IMG/VR virus record: IMGVR_UViG_3300042483_000388
Source of the DNA: a virus
Taxonomy: Duplodnaviria; Caudoviricetes
Direction: 5' to 3' (one strand)
DNA length: 64,000 nt
The notes under the pieces are model-generated. The model had not been told where the DNA came from. It made no database searches and saw only the letters and a list, made by a program, of their open reading frames with translations. The translations under genes were made by a program, and so were the position numbers. Positions within the stretch are counted from its first letter, which is position 1; each line of letters opens with the position of its first letter. Shown piece by piece: positions 28,862 through 38,698 of the stretch.

Positions 28862-28890
28862 AGCCCCCAAATAAAAAGTGGGGGTTTTTT
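28862..28890 (+). terminator. intrinsic terminator
   Basis: gcccccaaataaaaagtgggggtttttt. Confidence 0.65.
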
Positions 28891-28924
28891 GTTTTTATTA
28901 GAAAAACTTTATTATCTTTGTATT

Positions 28925-29113
28925 GTGAAAAAACCATGCAAAGAATGTCCCCACGTTATTAAGAATCGTCATAATGATATGATTGTTGAATTTGGTCGTA
29001 GGACCGGCAAACAACATAATTGTCATATGACAGAGGGTGTAAAAGATTTGTGGAATGTTACAGATAAAAAATTAGAATGTTATGGATCAAAGGAGATATC
29101 AAATGGAAAGTAA
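28925..29113 (+). CDS. small Cys-rich protein (KPCKECP...CHM...C)
   Basis: GTG start 4 nt after TATCTTTG. Confidence 0.6.
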   Translation: MKKPCKECPHVIKNRHNDMIVEFGRRTGKQHNCHMTEGVKDLWNVTDKKLECYGSKEISNGK

Positions 29114-29462
29114 AGAATGTGGTCACGAGGATAGGTGTAATTGCGTAACAAAATACCCAATGCCTGAGTATGATCCATACACAGGAGAAAAAAATCCGTT
29201 ATTGGAAACTACCACAAAACCGGTTAAAGATAAATCACACCAAATGGTTAGAGAATTTATATACGGAGTGTGTGATAAGACTGGATCTTGTGATTCCTAC
29301 TTTGGGTTTTTCAAAAATGAAAAAGATGCTGAACACGAAGTTGAGGTTCAATCTAATAGACTCAAGGAAGACTTGGGTATGATGGAAATTGAGATAAAAA
29401 AAGATAGAGCATTGTTTAACAATAAATTAGTAATAGTAATTCATTCATATGTGTTAAGATGA
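29103..29462 (+). CDS. hypothetical protein; C-half paralogous to 33458..33703
   Basis: IYGV.D..G.CD.YFG.FKN motif shared. Confidence 0.6.
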   Translation: MESKECGHEDRCNCVTKYPMPEYDPYTGEKNPLLETTTKPVKDKSHQMVREFIYGVCDKTGSCDSYFGFFKNEKDAEHEVEVQSNRLKEDLGMMEIEIKKDRALFNNKLVIVIHSYVLR

Positions 29463-30286
29463 TAAACCCAACAGGAAAAAAATTAGAAAAAATTATCTTT
29501 AAATTGTTTGACGATGCAAGTCAAGGTGTTGATAGATATAATCACAATGGCAGTCTATGGGCTATCTTTACCGATGAAATGAGATGGGTTGTTGAATACA
29601 CTAAAGACCAAACTCTATGGTATAACTATAACTTCTTTAAAGATGAGATGGATTTAATTGGTTTGGATTGTGTTGAAAATAAAGACCTTATTCAAAAATG
29701 GTTTGAGTCAAGATTCTTAAATATTAATTCAGTTGAAGACACCATTCAAAATGGGGTGAAACACACCCATTCAAACCCAATTCCCTTGACTTTCTCTGTT
29801 GAAGACACCATTCAAAATGGGGTGAAACACACCGAGGAGGGATTGAGGCCTGATGACTCTGACGTTGAAGATACCATTCAAAATGGGGTGAAACACACCC
29901 TAGACATCGAACATGGGAATTATCTAAAGGTTGAAGACACCATTCAAAATGGGGTAAGACACACCCGGACAAGTTTCTTAAATCCATCCCTGCTAGTTGA
30001 AGACACCATTCAAAATGGGGTGAAAGAAACAACACCTAGTGGTTATTTGGGTTCAATAGAGATGAAAGGTAAAATAGTTCATCAAATTGAATCTCCAAAA
30101 CAAAATAATGAGGTTGAAGACACCATTCAAAATGGTGTGAAAGAGACTATTGGCACACTACGGCGTACTGCTAAGTGGGGTGTTGATGACATCATCCAAA
30201 ATGGTGTAAAAGAAACTCATGACGATTGTTCAAATAACATTGCAAGAGTTGAAGGTATAGTTAGAATAGGTGAAAAATTAAATTAA
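29459..30286 (+). CDS. protein with a C-terminal in-frame repeat-spacer array (VEDTIQNGVKHT x7)
   Basis: 275-aa ORF open through all repeats and spacers. Confidence 0.8.
   Translation: MINPTGKKLEKIIFKLFDDASQGVDRYNHNGSLWAIFTDEMRWVVEYTKDQTLWYNYNFFKDEMDLIGLDCVENKDLIQKWFESRFLNINSVEDTIQNGVKHTHSNPIPLTFSVEDTIQNGVKHTEEGLRPDDSDVEDTIQNGVKHTLDIEHGNYLKVEDTIQNGVRHTRTSFLNPSLLVEDTIQNGVKETTPSGYLGSIEMKGKIVHQIESPKQNNEVEDTIQNGVKETIGTLRRTAKWGVDDIIQNGVKETHDDCSNNIARVEGIVRIGEKLN
29732..30217. CRISPR. CRISPR-like array inside a CDS: 36-nt repeats, 30-nt spacers; repeat resembles type VI-B direct repeats
   Basis: Repeats at 29732, 29798, 29864, 29930, 29996 (66-nt period); degenerate copies at 30113 and 30182, remnant at 30248; consensus GTTGAAGACACCATTCAAAATGGGGTGAAACACACC; no cas gene in the window. 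Confidence 0.5.
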
Positions 30287-30334
30287 TAATAGAAGTAGTA
30301 AACATTATTAGAAAATAATACGTATATTTGTGGA

Positions 30335-30511
30335 ATGGAAAAAGAAGATAAAATAGAAATTAATGTAAAAAATGGTGACAATTTTCATATGGATAAAGAT
30401 GTGTATATTCAATGGTTAAAAGCATTTATGGTACTAAATCTTGAAAAAGAGAATTATGATGAGTGTGCCAAGTTAAGGGATGAAATAAAATCTTTAGGTG
30501 AAGATTTTTAA
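30335..30511 (+). CDS. small UVR (UvrB/UvrC motif) domain protein
   Basis: Hand-translated 58 aa ending LEKENYDECAKLRDEIKSLGEDF. Confidence 0.6.
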   Translation: MEKEDKIEINVKNGDNFHMDKDVYIQWLKAFMVLNLEKENYDECAKLRDEIKSLGEDF

Positions 30512-30525
30512 AATAATAAATTGTT

Positions 30526-31590
30526 ATGAAAACAAGAGAAACAAAATTTGGAACATATATAGAAATGGAAACAGAAACAAGCACAAAATTAACTGGTGAT
30601 AAGATTACGGTATTTGTGGAAAGATTGAAAAAAATTGGAATTGAAGTTAAACTATCAGGAAACTTTCCTTGGGTATATATTACTGAAATCTGTGGTAAAA
30701 GAGTAACTGAAAAGTTTGAAGGGAATCACGGGTTTACATTAATATTTTTACCAGGTAGAAACGATAGCCCACCATCTGATTTTACTGATATTACAGAGAT
30801 ATTTAAACTAATAAGAAAATATACAAATGAAACTAATTAAATTAACATCATATAGTGACAACGGTCCCATCTACATTAATATAAATGAAATCGGACATTT
30901 CAACGAAGGAGAAGGATACAAAATGAATTCTAATGGTGTGGGACATAAAATGGAAAAATATACACAAGTAGGTGTAACAACACATAATGATGGTGGTTTT
31001 AAAGTTAAAGAAACACCATCAGAAATAATTGATAAAATTTGGAACCTAATTAATAAACGAATAATATGAATTTAGACAAACTAACAATGGACGAACTTAT
31101 TTCATTAAGAAATGAAATTCAAGGAAAAATACATTCCTATGAAGATGGGTATTTGTATATCTGTTCTGTTCGTCAGTTTGGTAGTGTGTGGGAAGAAAAA
31201 CCAAGTAGTTTATATGGTTTAAAAGAACTTTGTGATTCATATTACGGTGACAATGGTATTGTTGATGTTTATACTAACAACCCAAATTTAGAATTTCCTG
31301 AAATGGAGTTTGAAAACTATGGTGACGTTATGTTTATTAAATCAGAAGATGATTACCGTGACTGGGTTAAATACAACAAAGAAAAAAACTTTATTGATGA
31401 TGTAACACAACGACTTGATGAGTGGGATGAAAGTAAAAATTCACCATTTAAATATCGCCCTTCTTTTGCGCCAATTTGGACAAGAGAAGATCTTAATGAA
31501 TGGGTTACAGAGTTTGAAAGTAAGACATGGGATTTTACCGAACCAAAATCTATGAAGATAAATTATTCCGAAGAAGATGGTGAAGATTAA
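30526..31590 (+). CDS. three coupled hypothetical genes (30526..30840, 30827..31069, 31066..31590)
   Basis: Overlapping or abutting ATG ORFs. Confidence 0.65.
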
Positions 31591-31614
31591 AAAAATAATT
31601 AATATATTTGTAAT

Positions 31615-32025
31615 ATGGAAAAAGTTAAAATTTATTTAGATGATGTTCGTACGCCGGTAGACCCAAGTTGGGTCGTTGTTCGTTCTTACGATGAGTTTGT
31701 TGAAAAAATAAATGAGATTGGTTTGGAGAACATTGAACTAATATCTTTGGATCACGATTTGGGTGATAGTGCAATTGATGAATGGAAAAAAAATGTTTAT
31801 ACAAATTACACAATTGATTACGATAACATTACAGAAAAAACAGGTATGGATTGCACTAAATGGTTAGTGAATCAATGGTTAGATGGTAAACCTATCGTTG
31901 AGGTTGTGGTTCATTCTGCAAACGCAGTAGGGTCGGGTAATATGATGGGTTATTTGAATAATTACCGACACTTGAATAGAATGGAACAAAATTGTGTTAG
32001 AGTTAAAATTGAACATACAGTATAA
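31615..32025 (+). CDS. cyclic-phosphate-processing receiver-like domain protein
   Basis: KIYLDDVRTP, ISLDHDLG, TGMDCTKWL, HSAN motifs. Confidence 0.8.
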   Translation: MEKVKIYLDDVRTPVDPSWVVVRSYDEFVEKINEIGLENIELISLDHDLGDSAIDEWKKNVYTNYTIDYDNITEKTGMDCTKWLVNQWLDGKPIVEVVVHSANAVGSGNMMGYLNNYRHLNRMEQNCVRVKIEHTV

Positions 32026-32035
32026 AAATAAAATT

Positions 32036-32296
32036 ATGGAATTAGAAAAATTTGAACAAGCAAAAAAAGTTAAAGAAGATCTTGATAGATTGGAAAGACA
32101 GAAGTATAAATTAGAATCTGCTCTTAAATCTCATGGGTTGGAAGTAACTATTGAGTTTACCCATTCAGGTGGATTCATAAGAAAAGATGAGGTCAGTTTT
32201 AGGGATAAAGATATTACCAAAGAAATGTTATCAAGGGTACTTGAAAAGTTGAATGAAGAAATAAAGTTAGTTAAAGAAGAATTTGAAAAAGTATAA
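32036..32296 (+). CDS. hypothetical coiled-coil protein
   Basis: Start reset to MELEKF at 32036. Confidence 0.65.
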   Translation: MELEKFEQAKKVKEDLDRLERQKYKLESALKSHGLEVTIEFTHSGGFIRKDEVSFRDKDITKEMLSRVLEKLNEEIKLVKEEFEKV

Positions 32297-32299
32297 GAA

Positions 32300-33418
32300 A
32301 TGGAAAATTTAAATAGTGTATGTTATGTTGGTGCAATCGGAGAGGTTAGGCCAATAGAAGGGGCAGATAACATAGAACTTGTAATGGTTGGTGGTTGGAA
32401 CGCTATAACTAAAAAAGGTGAATATACAGAAGGTGATTTGGTTGTTGTTGCAACCACCGATGCGGTAATACCACAAAAACTTTCTGATGGGTTAGGTGTT
32501 ACAAGTTATCTTCGTAAAGGTCAGAGAGTAAGAACTATAAAACTTCGTAAGGTTTACTCTGAATGTTTAATAATACCAATAGAGTTTGTTCCGGAAAAAT
32601 ATAGGTACGATGGTTCTGACTGCATGGAGTTACTTGAAGTTTTCAAATACGAACCACCTGTTAAGATGGTTCAGTTAAGTGGGGGTAGGAAATTTAAATA
32701 CCACCAAAACCCTAACTTCCATATCTATTACAAATTTCCTAACTTGAAGAACGCCCCCGAAATGTTTAATGAAGAAGACATAGTTACTGTTACTCGTAAA
32801 CTTCACGGAACAAATGCTCGTTATGGTATTGTTAAAAAGAAAAGATTATCCTTGTGGGACTATGTTAGAAAGTTCTTTGGAAACAAATGGGTTGGGTATG
32901 AATATGTTTTTGGGTCTCATAATGTAGAGAAAGGTTCTGACTCTCAAGGTTTTTATGAAACTAATGTATGGAGAACAATCGCAGATAATTACAAAATAAA
33001 AGATAAACTATGGGATTATGTTAAGACATATGGTAGTCCTGACTATTTGGGTGATGGGTTAATCATCTATGGTGAGATATATGGTCATGGTATACAAAAA
33101 AATTATGATTATGGTTTAACTGATGTTAAATTTGCTGGTTTTGATGTTGAGTTAAATGGTAATTATCGACCTTATTACGATGAAAAGAACGTTTTCAAAT
33201 CTTTGGGTTTACCAAGAGTTGAGGTTCTTTATATGGGTCCTTGGTCCAAAGAAGAACAAGATAAACACGTATTCAATAACAACATAATGGGAACCAAAGT
33301 TCCTCACGAAGGTGTTGTTGTTAAATCCGTAACCGGTGATAGACACAAAGTAGGTAAAGTGATCAACCCTGATTATTTGATAGCAAGTGAAAAACATAAT
33401 TTTGGTGACTCCCATTGA
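32300..33418 (+). CDS. RNA ligase (Rnl2/DRB0094-like family)
   Basis: N-terminal OB-like IEGADNIE; KLHGTN motif I; YGEIYG; FAGFDV; EGVVVK; KVINPDYL. Confidence 0.9.
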   Translation: MENLNSVCYVGAIGEVRPIEGADNIELVMVGGWNAITKKGEYTEGDLVVVATTDAVIPQKLSDGLGVTSYLRKGQRVRTIKLRKVYSECLIIPIEFVPEKYRYDGSDCMELLEVFKYEPPVKMVQLSGGRKFKYHQNPNFHIYYKFPNLKNAPEMFNEEDIVTVTRKLHGTNARYGIVKKKRLSLWDYVRKFFGNKWVGYEYVFGSHNVEKGSDSQGFYETNVWRTIADNYKIKDKLWDYVKTYGSPDYLGDGLIIYGEIYGHGIQKNYDYGLTDVKFAGFDVELNGNYRPYYDEKNVFKSLGLPRVEVLYMGPWSKEEQDKHVFNNNIMGTKVPHEGVVVKSVTGDRHKVGKVINPDYLIASEKHNFGDSH

Positions 33419-33436
33419 TGGAGTCACTTTTTTTGA
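33410..33436 (+). terminator. intrinsic terminator overlapping the stop codon
   Basis: gtgactcc-cattgat-ggagtcac plus T-tract. Confidence 0.7.
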
Positions 33437-33457
33437 TTAATATTAATTAAAATTATA

Positions 33458-33897
33458 ATGAGTAGAGATAAAGATATGATTTATGGTGTCTATGACATGA
33501 CAAGAGGATCTGGTGGTTGTGATGATTATTTTGGATATTTTAAAAATAAATCAGGAGCTAAAAAAGAATTGGACATCCAATATGAATATATTAAACGTAA
33601 AAGACCTGAAGATGCAATAACATTAACAAATGATAGAGTTATAATTACTAAAGGTGAAAAGGAAGACATATTAATTATCATCCACCCAATTTTATTAAGA
33701 TGACAAAACAGGAAGTTTATGTAAGAATGGCAAATGAGAGTGTTTATTATAGTAGAATAAAGGTAAACCCTGAAAAATTTGAGAATCCACACTTTATTGG
33801 TGAAGAAGTATTTTGCACGATAGATGGTTTAAGGGTGGCAATTAAAAAGGTTGATTGGAACCAAATGGTGGAAAACACAAAACAAGAACAATTTTAA
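33458..33897 (+). CDS. two small hypothetical genes (33458..33703, 33700..33897)
   Basis: ATGA-coupled ORFs. Confidence 0.6.
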
Positions 33898-33908
33898 AAA
33901 AAATAAAA

Positions 33909-34904
33909 ATGACAAAGGAAGATTTATTAATAGAAAAAATTAAACAAATAAGAATGGCACATGAGGGATTTACCGAAAATGAAATATCCGCAGATGATGT
34001 AACATTTTTACATAAAGATGATGAACCTGTAATTTCGGCATCACCAACATGTTGGGGAACATTACCTGATGAAGAGTTCATACCGGCATTTGAATCAGTA
34101 CCACAGGTACCAGCAGGTATCTATGAGATTAAATGGAACCGAGACGCTCAAAAACATTCATTAAAAAGACAACCATTCAAGACTGATGAGTTGTATCAAT
34201 TACCATCATACGAGATTATGGATATTCTAAAAGACATTAAAAACTTTTGGGATCGTAAGGACAAATACAAAGAGTATAATTTTATTCATAAACGAGGGAT
34301 ACTTATGTATGGAGAACCAGGTTGTGGTAAATCGGGGATAATCCAACTAATTGCAAAAGATTTGATCGAACAAAATGGTATTATATTAAATATTAAAGAT
34401 GCTGATGATGTTGAATTTTTTATTGAATTTATTACCACATTTAGAAAGATTGAAAAAAATAGACCGTTGATTGTTTTGTTGGAGGATATTGATTCAATTG
34501 CTGGCGAGAATAACCATTCAACAAGTAAGTTATTAAACATTTTGGATGGTGTTAAACAGATTGAAGGTGTTGTATATATTGCAACTACTAACTATCCTGA
34601 GAAACTACAGGATCGTATTACAAACCGACCATCTCGTTTCGATAGACGATATAAAGTAGAATTACCTAATGAAGAAATTAGAAGAGCATATATTCATCAT
34701 AAATTAAACGATGAAGACCTTAAAGGTGTTGATATTGAAATGTGGATAAAGAGAACTGAAGGAATGTCTCTTTCACACTTGAAAGAAGTTGTTATTTCAA
34801 CGATAGTTATGGGTAGAGATTTTGAAGATGTTATGGATAATTTAGAAGGACTTAAAAGAGCTCCAACAATTAAAGGATCTGGAGTTATGGGATTTGGAAG
34901 ATAA
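33909..34904 (+). CDS. AAA+ ATPase
   Basis: GEPGCGKS Walker A, LLEDID Walker B, LLNILDG, ATTNYPEKL, RPSRFD; start reset to MTKEDL. Confidence 0.92.
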   Translation: MTKEDLLIEKIKQIRMAHEGFTENEISADDVTFLHKDDEPVISASPTCWGTLPDEEFIPAFESVPQVPAGIYEIKWNRDAQKHSLKRQPFKTDELYQLPSYEIMDILKDIKNFWDRKDKYKEYNFIHKRGILMYGEPGCGKSGIIQLIAKDLIEQNGIILNIKDADDVEFFIEFITTFRKIEKNRPLIVLLEDIDSIAGENNHSTSKLLNILDGVKQIEGVVYIATTNYPEKLQDRITNRPSRFDRRYKVELPNEEIRRAYIHHKLNDEDLKGVDIEMWIKRTEGMSLSHLKEVVISTIVMGRDFEDVMDNLEGLKRAPTIKGSGVMGFGR

Positions 34905-34922
34905 ACAAATAAAAATATAAAA

Positions 34923-35099
34923 ATGAAAAGAACGGATAAATTATATGTAATGTTATTTGGATTAACATTAATAACAACGATGACATTTTTAAGTGGGTGT
35001 GGATCAAAAAAAAATGCTGGATGTGATGCTTATAGTTCATGTGAGATCAAAAGTGATTCAACGATGAGTAAAGTTGATAATTATTCTAATATTAAATAA
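34923..35099 (+). CDS. small lipoprotein (LSGC lipobox, CDAY motif)
   Basis: Hand-translated 58 aa MKRTDKLYVMLFGLTLITTMTFLSGCGSKKNAGCDAY... Confidence 0.6.
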   Translation: MKRTDKLYVMLFGLTLITTMTFLSGCGSKKNAGCDAYSSCEIKSDSTMSKVDNYSNIK

Positions 35100-35100
35100 G

Positions 35101-35187
35101 AGACCCCATCTTAATTGATGGGCTTTAGGGCCGTTATCCGTTAGGGTAACGATTTAAAGGGGGGAATTCGCTACTCCCCCTTTTTTT
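35101..35187 (+). other. three consecutive GC-rich hairpins (possible structured RNA plus terminator)
   Basis: cccatc/gatggg; cgttatcc/gggtaacg; gggggga/tccccc followed by T7. Confidence 0.5.
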
Positions 35188-35222
35188 ATTTAATGAAGTA
35201 TTTATAATAAACAAATAATATT

Positions 35223-35911
35223 ATGGCAAGAATTAAAAGATTAACAGAATCAGATTTAACAAGAATTGTTAAACGTGTGATTAAAGAAGAAGATGAAATG
35301 GAAGATATGGGTATGTCCATTACAATTAGAGGTATATTTGATGAAGTTGTGGAATCTATTAACGAATATGACAAATTTGGTCGTTACAATCCTACAGTTG
35401 GGGGTGGTTATGATGAATCTATGAAAGAAAAGGCAATGGATTTGGCTTTTATTATTATGAGTGACTTACAAGAACTGTCGTTAAGTTCTTCTCATTACGT
35501 GGATTACATTCGGGATATTGTTGGTGAAGAAGAAGATTACGACGACGAAGATGGAGATTATTAATAAAACTTGACACTTTACGAAAGAGTGGTATTTATA
35601 ATTAAAATAATATTATGAGAAAAACTATAAAATTAACCGAAGGTGATTTATCACGTATTGTTAGACGAGTTATTAAAGAAGATAACGAAGAAGATAAAAT
35701 GGGAGGTATGCGTATGTCCATCACAGTAAAAGATATATTTGAGGCGGTTATAGACGCTCTTGACCAGATGGGAGGGTATCAAGATTCAATGAAAACAGAA
35801 GCAATGCAATTGGCAAGAAATATTATGTCTAGCATGCAAGACAACTTGGATTACATTACCGATAATTATGAGGAACAACTTTATGATATTCTTGGTGAAG
35901 AAGATTTTTAA
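35223..35911 (+). CDS. two adjacent paralogous LTESDL-leader proteins (35223..35564, 35615..35911)
   Basis: Shared leader, MSIT, GGY.(E/D)SMK..AM.LA..IMS; each has its own TATTTATA. Confidence 0.8.
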
Positions 35912-35921
35912 TTAAAGTGAT

Positions 35922-36386
35922 ATGAAAATCATAAGACTTACCGAATCTGATCTAACTAATATTGTTAAAACAGTTATTAAGGAAAACTCATTGCGAGATG
36001 ATTTAATCCAACAGATTAAAGAATACGGTTGGAAAGAAACCTCCCAATTTGTTGGGGGATCTGAAAATTTAAAAAAACTTACTGGAATTGAATCACCAAT
36101 AGATTTTCTTAATTTATTTAATGATTTGGATGTTATTGATAGTGAAGAAAACCCTAATTTGACTTTATTTAGATATAAAATAGGAAATAATCTAATGGTT
36201 CACAATGATGAATTTGATTTTGTTTACATCAATTATGGTAAAATTTGGTCATTTTTAGAAAAAGTTTTTGGACTTAACTACGCTGAAATTCAGGAACTAA
36301 CACAGGAGTGGTTGGGTGAGGTCTACGATTTAAAGGGGGTTTATACAGATGAGCAAGATGAGGAGGATGATGAGTTGGTTGGATAA
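35922..36386 (+). CDS. LTESDL-leader protein ending in a repeat-spacer-repeat unit
   Basis: 154 aa; ...FGLNYAEIQELTQEWLGEVYDLKGV + acidic tail. Confidence 0.75.
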   Translation: MKIIRLTESDLTNIVKTVIKENSLRDDLIQQIKEYGWKETSQFVGGSENLKKLTGIESPIDFLNLFNDLDVIDSEENPNLTLFRYKIGNNLMVHNDEFDFVYINYGKIWSFLEKVFGLNYAEIQELTQEWLGEVYDLKGVYTDEQDEEDDELVG

Positions 36387-36408
36387 GGTCTACAATTTAA
36401 GGGGAATT
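36306..36408 (+). repeat. imperfect 36/37-nt direct repeat separated by a 30-nt unique segment
   Basis: gagtggttgggtgaggtctacgatttaaagggggtt (36306) / gagttggttggataaggtctacaatttaaggggaatt (36372). Confidence 0.8.
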
Positions 36409-36454
36409 ATATGATTCCCTTTTTTTATTTAATTCTTTTACTTATCTTTGTGTT

Positions 36455-36535
36455 ATGATAATTGGAACCATATTGTTTATTGTTTTAATCCTATGTATTG
36501 GGGTGTGGGGTAAACACGGAAAACACTTTAAATAA
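36455..36535 (+). CDS. 26-aa single-TM peptide
   Basis: MIIGTILFIVLILCIGVWGKHGKHFK; 4 nt after TATCTTTG; TAATG-coupled to the next gene. Confidence 0.5.
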   Translation: MIIGTILFIVLILCIGVWGKHGKHFK

Positions 36536-37134
36536 TGAAAGTAATATTTTTAGATAATGATGGAGTAATTTGTCTATCCAATAATTGGGGTGGACGAGCA
36601 AAGAAATGGGCAAAATATCGAAGCGCAAATCCTGATGTTGATTTTACAAATCGTCCTATTGATTGTAGATTTGATGCCTTTGATGAGAAGGCAATTAAGG
36701 TCCTTAATGAAATACTTGAAGAAACCGGCGCTGAAATAGTTGTAAGTTCAGATTGGAGACTACACGCGAACTTGGAGGAACTTGGTGATTACTACATGAG
36801 TCAGGGAATAATCAAACGACCAATCGCGGTAACAGATATGTTCAAAGATATATTTCCAAGAGAATGGAATGCGTTTAGATTTCGTGCTGATTTAGAAATA
36901 GAAAGAAGTATGGAGATCGGACACTGGTTAAAAAACCATCCCGAAGTTACTCATTGGGTTGCAATTGATGACCTCAACATGAGTGTTGAGTTTTTATCTA
37001 AAAACTTTTCACATAGTAAAGATGATGATAAAAACCCCGGTCTATCTAATTTTGTTCTAACACCAAAAGCAAGTCAGGGAATCAAACAAAGTGGTATTAA
37101 AGAAAAAATACTAAAGTTTTTGAAGGATGAGTAG
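36535..37134 (+). CDS. HAD-superfamily phosphatase (RNA-repair-associated HAD_SAK_2-like)
   Basis: IFLDNDGV, EIVVSSDWR, WVAIDD. Confidence 0.8.
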   Translation: MKVIFLDNDGVICLSNNWGGRAKKWAKYRSANPDVDFTNRPIDCRFDAFDEKAIKVLNEILEETGAEIVVSSDWRLHANLEELGDYYMSQGIIKRPIAVTDMFKDIFPREWNAFRFRADLEIERSMEIGHWLKNHPEVTHWVAIDDLNMSVEFLSKNFSHSKDDDKNPGLSNFVLTPKASQGIKQSGIKEKILKFLKDE

Positions 37135-37217
37135 AATGATTAAAAAGATTACGTTATGGTTATCACTCAAGTTCCCAAAGAAAAGTAAAAAAAGTATTTG
37201 GGATTTATAAAATTAAT

Positions 37218-38416
37218 ATGAAGAACATAAATCAATTATTCAAAAATAATAAACATTTAATCGAACATCCTGAGGTGCAAGAATTAATAGATTATTGTAG
37301 AGAATTGGAGGGAAAATTTATGGAAGTAGAGATTAATAAACAATACGATAAAGAGGACATCTTAATTAATGTGATTAGAGACATTAAAGAAAGTTGTGAA
37401 CAGACAATTAATGATAATGAGGAATCTATTAGGTTTAATGAGATACCAAGAGTTGATTTTGAAAAATGTGTAGTTAACCTTAAAAAGTATATTGAAAGTA
37501 TAAATACCTTATATAAAATTGGACTATGAAAAAAATAGAAATTAGTGAGGCATGTTTAGGTCATGATGTTTTAGTGGATGATGAATCATTATTTACTCAT
37601 GAATATGATAATAGGAGTCCTGAGTATGTTAACAATCTTAAATCGTCATTTATTTTAAAATTAGACGAAATAAAAGATAAATTGGATATAATGGATTGGG
37701 TTGCTATTGCCGAAATAATTACTAGCCGATCTGACGAATTTGAAATGAATGATGACGAATCAAAAGATTATGACAAATGTGATGAGTGTGGTAATTACGG
37801 ATATAAATTAGTGTATAACAAAAAAGAAAATGACACAGAAAGTTAAATTGATTATGGTTGATGAAAGACCATATGTAGTATCTTTAGAAAAAGTAGAGAT
37901 TGGGGATAAAGTAATTGTAACGGTGGGGGGTAACTATCCGTCAATTGTTAATTGCGAGAATGAAACGGTATTAAATTTGTTAACTCAATCCAAATTATCT
38001 TTGACTCAATCGTTTAAGATTTTTATGGAACCTGAGTATGTTAAGTTTAGTGGTGAACAGATTGAAAAAATTCTTGAAAATGATGGGTTAATGGATGTTA
38101 TACTTGAAGATGGTATTTACAAGTATAACTTATAAAAAATAATAAAATGAAAGAGTTTCCCAAAAAAGACTATGATAAAACAATTATTGAATTACTTAAC
38201 AAGGTCTTAGACTTACATACACAATGTGTGATCTTTGGTTGTTTCATTTTAATTCAAAGCTTGTTATTATTTTTTGGGTATATTCGGTTTGATTACATAT
38301 ATATTATATCTATTATATTATCAATCGTGAAACACACATATAATACGGTATATATCAAACAAATTGAGACCGCAATTGAACACATAGAGAATATTAGAGA
38401 TAATAACAATACGTGA
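37218..38416 (+). CDS. four small hypothetical genes (37218..37529, 37526..37846, 37830..38135, 38147..38416)
   Basis: Coupled ATG ORFs; CDEC motif in the second, TM segments in the last. Confidence 0.65.
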
Positions 38417-38420
38417 ACAT

Positions 38421-38645
38421 ATGAAAGGAACACTTGATCTACACGGAATTAAACATAAGGATGTCCAAAAAATGGTTGACGAATTTATGTGGGATCAAAT
38501 ACAAAAAAAGTCATCATCTGTTGAAATAATAACAGGAAATAGTGATCAAATGAAACGAGTTGTAAAAGAATCGTTAATAGATTACAATCTTAATCCATAT
38601 GAGGAGATATTCAATCAAGGCAAGATAATTGTAAAATTAAATTAA
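38421..38645 (+). CDS. stand-alone Smr-domain protein
   Basis: LDLHG and VEIITG motifs. Confidence 0.8.
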   Translation: MKGTLDLHGIKHKDVQKMVDEFMWDQIQKKSSSVEIITGNSDQMKRVVKESLIDYNLNPYEEIFNQGKIIVKLN

Positions 38646-38698
38646 ATAAAAGTTCCAAATAATTTGTTATTGTTTGGGTAATTTTATATTTTTGTGGT

